This document shows positions 63,369 to 64,000 of a stretch of 64,000 bases of DNA, in pieces. How positions within the stretch are numbered: position 1 is the first letter of the stretch; each line of letters opens with the position of its first letter. Position numbers and translations under genes: made by a program. Origin of the DNA: an uncultured bacterium (lineage in GTDB: Bacteria > Patescibacteriota > Microgenomatia > UBA1400 > PJMF01); contig CAIMNJ010000011.1 of the NCBI GenBank assembly GCA_903842795.1, positions 3,166 through 67,165 of the forward strand, in the 5' to 3' direction. Under the pieces are notes generated by a model. That model saw nothing but the letters and a program-made list of their open reading frames with translations, ran no database searches and was not told where the DNA came from.

Positions 63369-64000
63369 ATGACAACTGGTCTAAAAATCATAGGGGGAGC
63401 CGTCATTCTTTTGGCGGTTTCGATCGGAATCTCGATATACTTTCACTGGAAGTTTGTCGAGTTTATGGCAATGTTGGCGGTTCTAGTTATGATCGCTACT
63501 GCCGCTCTGGTTGCTTACGCGAGGAAACCAGACAACAAAATGAGCGTGGGCTGGATCTTTATGGGTACTTTCGTGGCTGGTTTTTTGATGTATGTAGGCT
63601 GGAGCATGAACTTTGCTCCCAAGCAGTACACCTACCAAAGCTGTGCGCAGTTTTACCAAATCGTACAGTTGCCACAACCGTCGGAAGGCGGTTGTACCAA
63701 AGAAGATATGTCAAGCGTTCTAAATGCTCGTCAATATATCGTTGCAGGGGAGAACTTCTCTCCTGAGATGAATAAAGGTCTCACCAGTGATTTTGAAGAG
63801 ACTTGGCGCGCAGAGCGAGAAGGCAATATTGTAAGCCCTGCTTTCCCACGCTTCCAACAGGCTTGGGGTAGATATCAGGCGGCTCTGGCTAATGAGGCTA
63901 GTGACCGCTTGACTCTTAACCCAGCACAACAGAAAACTTCCTGGGCATTTTTATACGGGATTATTTTGTTGGGTTTCTTGATCAATGGAGCGGCAAGCTA
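63369..64000 (+). CDS. Multi-pass membrane protein (runs off the right edge; absent from ORF track)
   Basis: GAGGAG SD; MTTGLKIIGGAVILLAVSIG...; three TM, a loop with two Cys, a further TM; frame open to the window end. Confidence 0.8.
   Translation, partial: MTTGLKIIGGAVILLAVSIGISIYFHWKFVEFMAMLAVLVMIATAALVAYARKPDNKMSVGWIFMGTFVAGFLMYVGWSMNFAPKQYTYQSCAQFYQIVQLPQPSEGGCTKEDMSSVLNARQYIVAGENFSPEMNKGLTSDFEETWRAEREGNIVSPAFPRFQQAWGRYQAALANEASDRLTLNPAQQKTSWAFLYGIILLGFLINGAAS

Noticed and set aside
63353-63766. 137-aa ORF from the track
   Set aside because: Shadow frame; the SD-preceded membrane-protein frame starting at 63369 is more credible.

Overview
AT-rich, gene-dense bacterial chromosome segment read in the standard code (TGA acts as stop in ATGA overlaps, e.g. 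3531-3534 and 35519-35522). Gene content and divergence point to a Patescibacteria/CPR genome, probably Microgenomates (inference). It holds peptidoglycan and shape genes (a MurL-MurD fusion, murF, two degenerate MreB paralogs, mreCD-mrdA), a fragmented tRNA-rpmG-secE-nusG-rplKAJL cluster, thrS, cysS, fmt/def, dprA-topA, nadD/nadE, surface proteins, a thymidylate/folate cluster and a pyrimidine operon. No transposase, integrase, prophage or CRISPR was seen. Best leads: (1) an argG(+CarB-type MGS domain)-amidohydrolase-pyrD-pyrE-pyrF operon with no carAB/pyrB/pyrC, suggesting UMP synthesis without carbamoyl phosphate; (2) a ThyA missing most phosphate-binding arginines, clustered with a nucleotidyltransferase, an NTase-like/deaminase fusion and an HxHxQ HIT enzyme; (3) a leaderless Thr5 leader-peptide attenuator before thrS; (4) an unassigned ~155-nt structured RNA before the tRNA cluster; (5) the MurL-MurD2 fusion. 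All homology calls come from motif recognition by eye; no database search was run.
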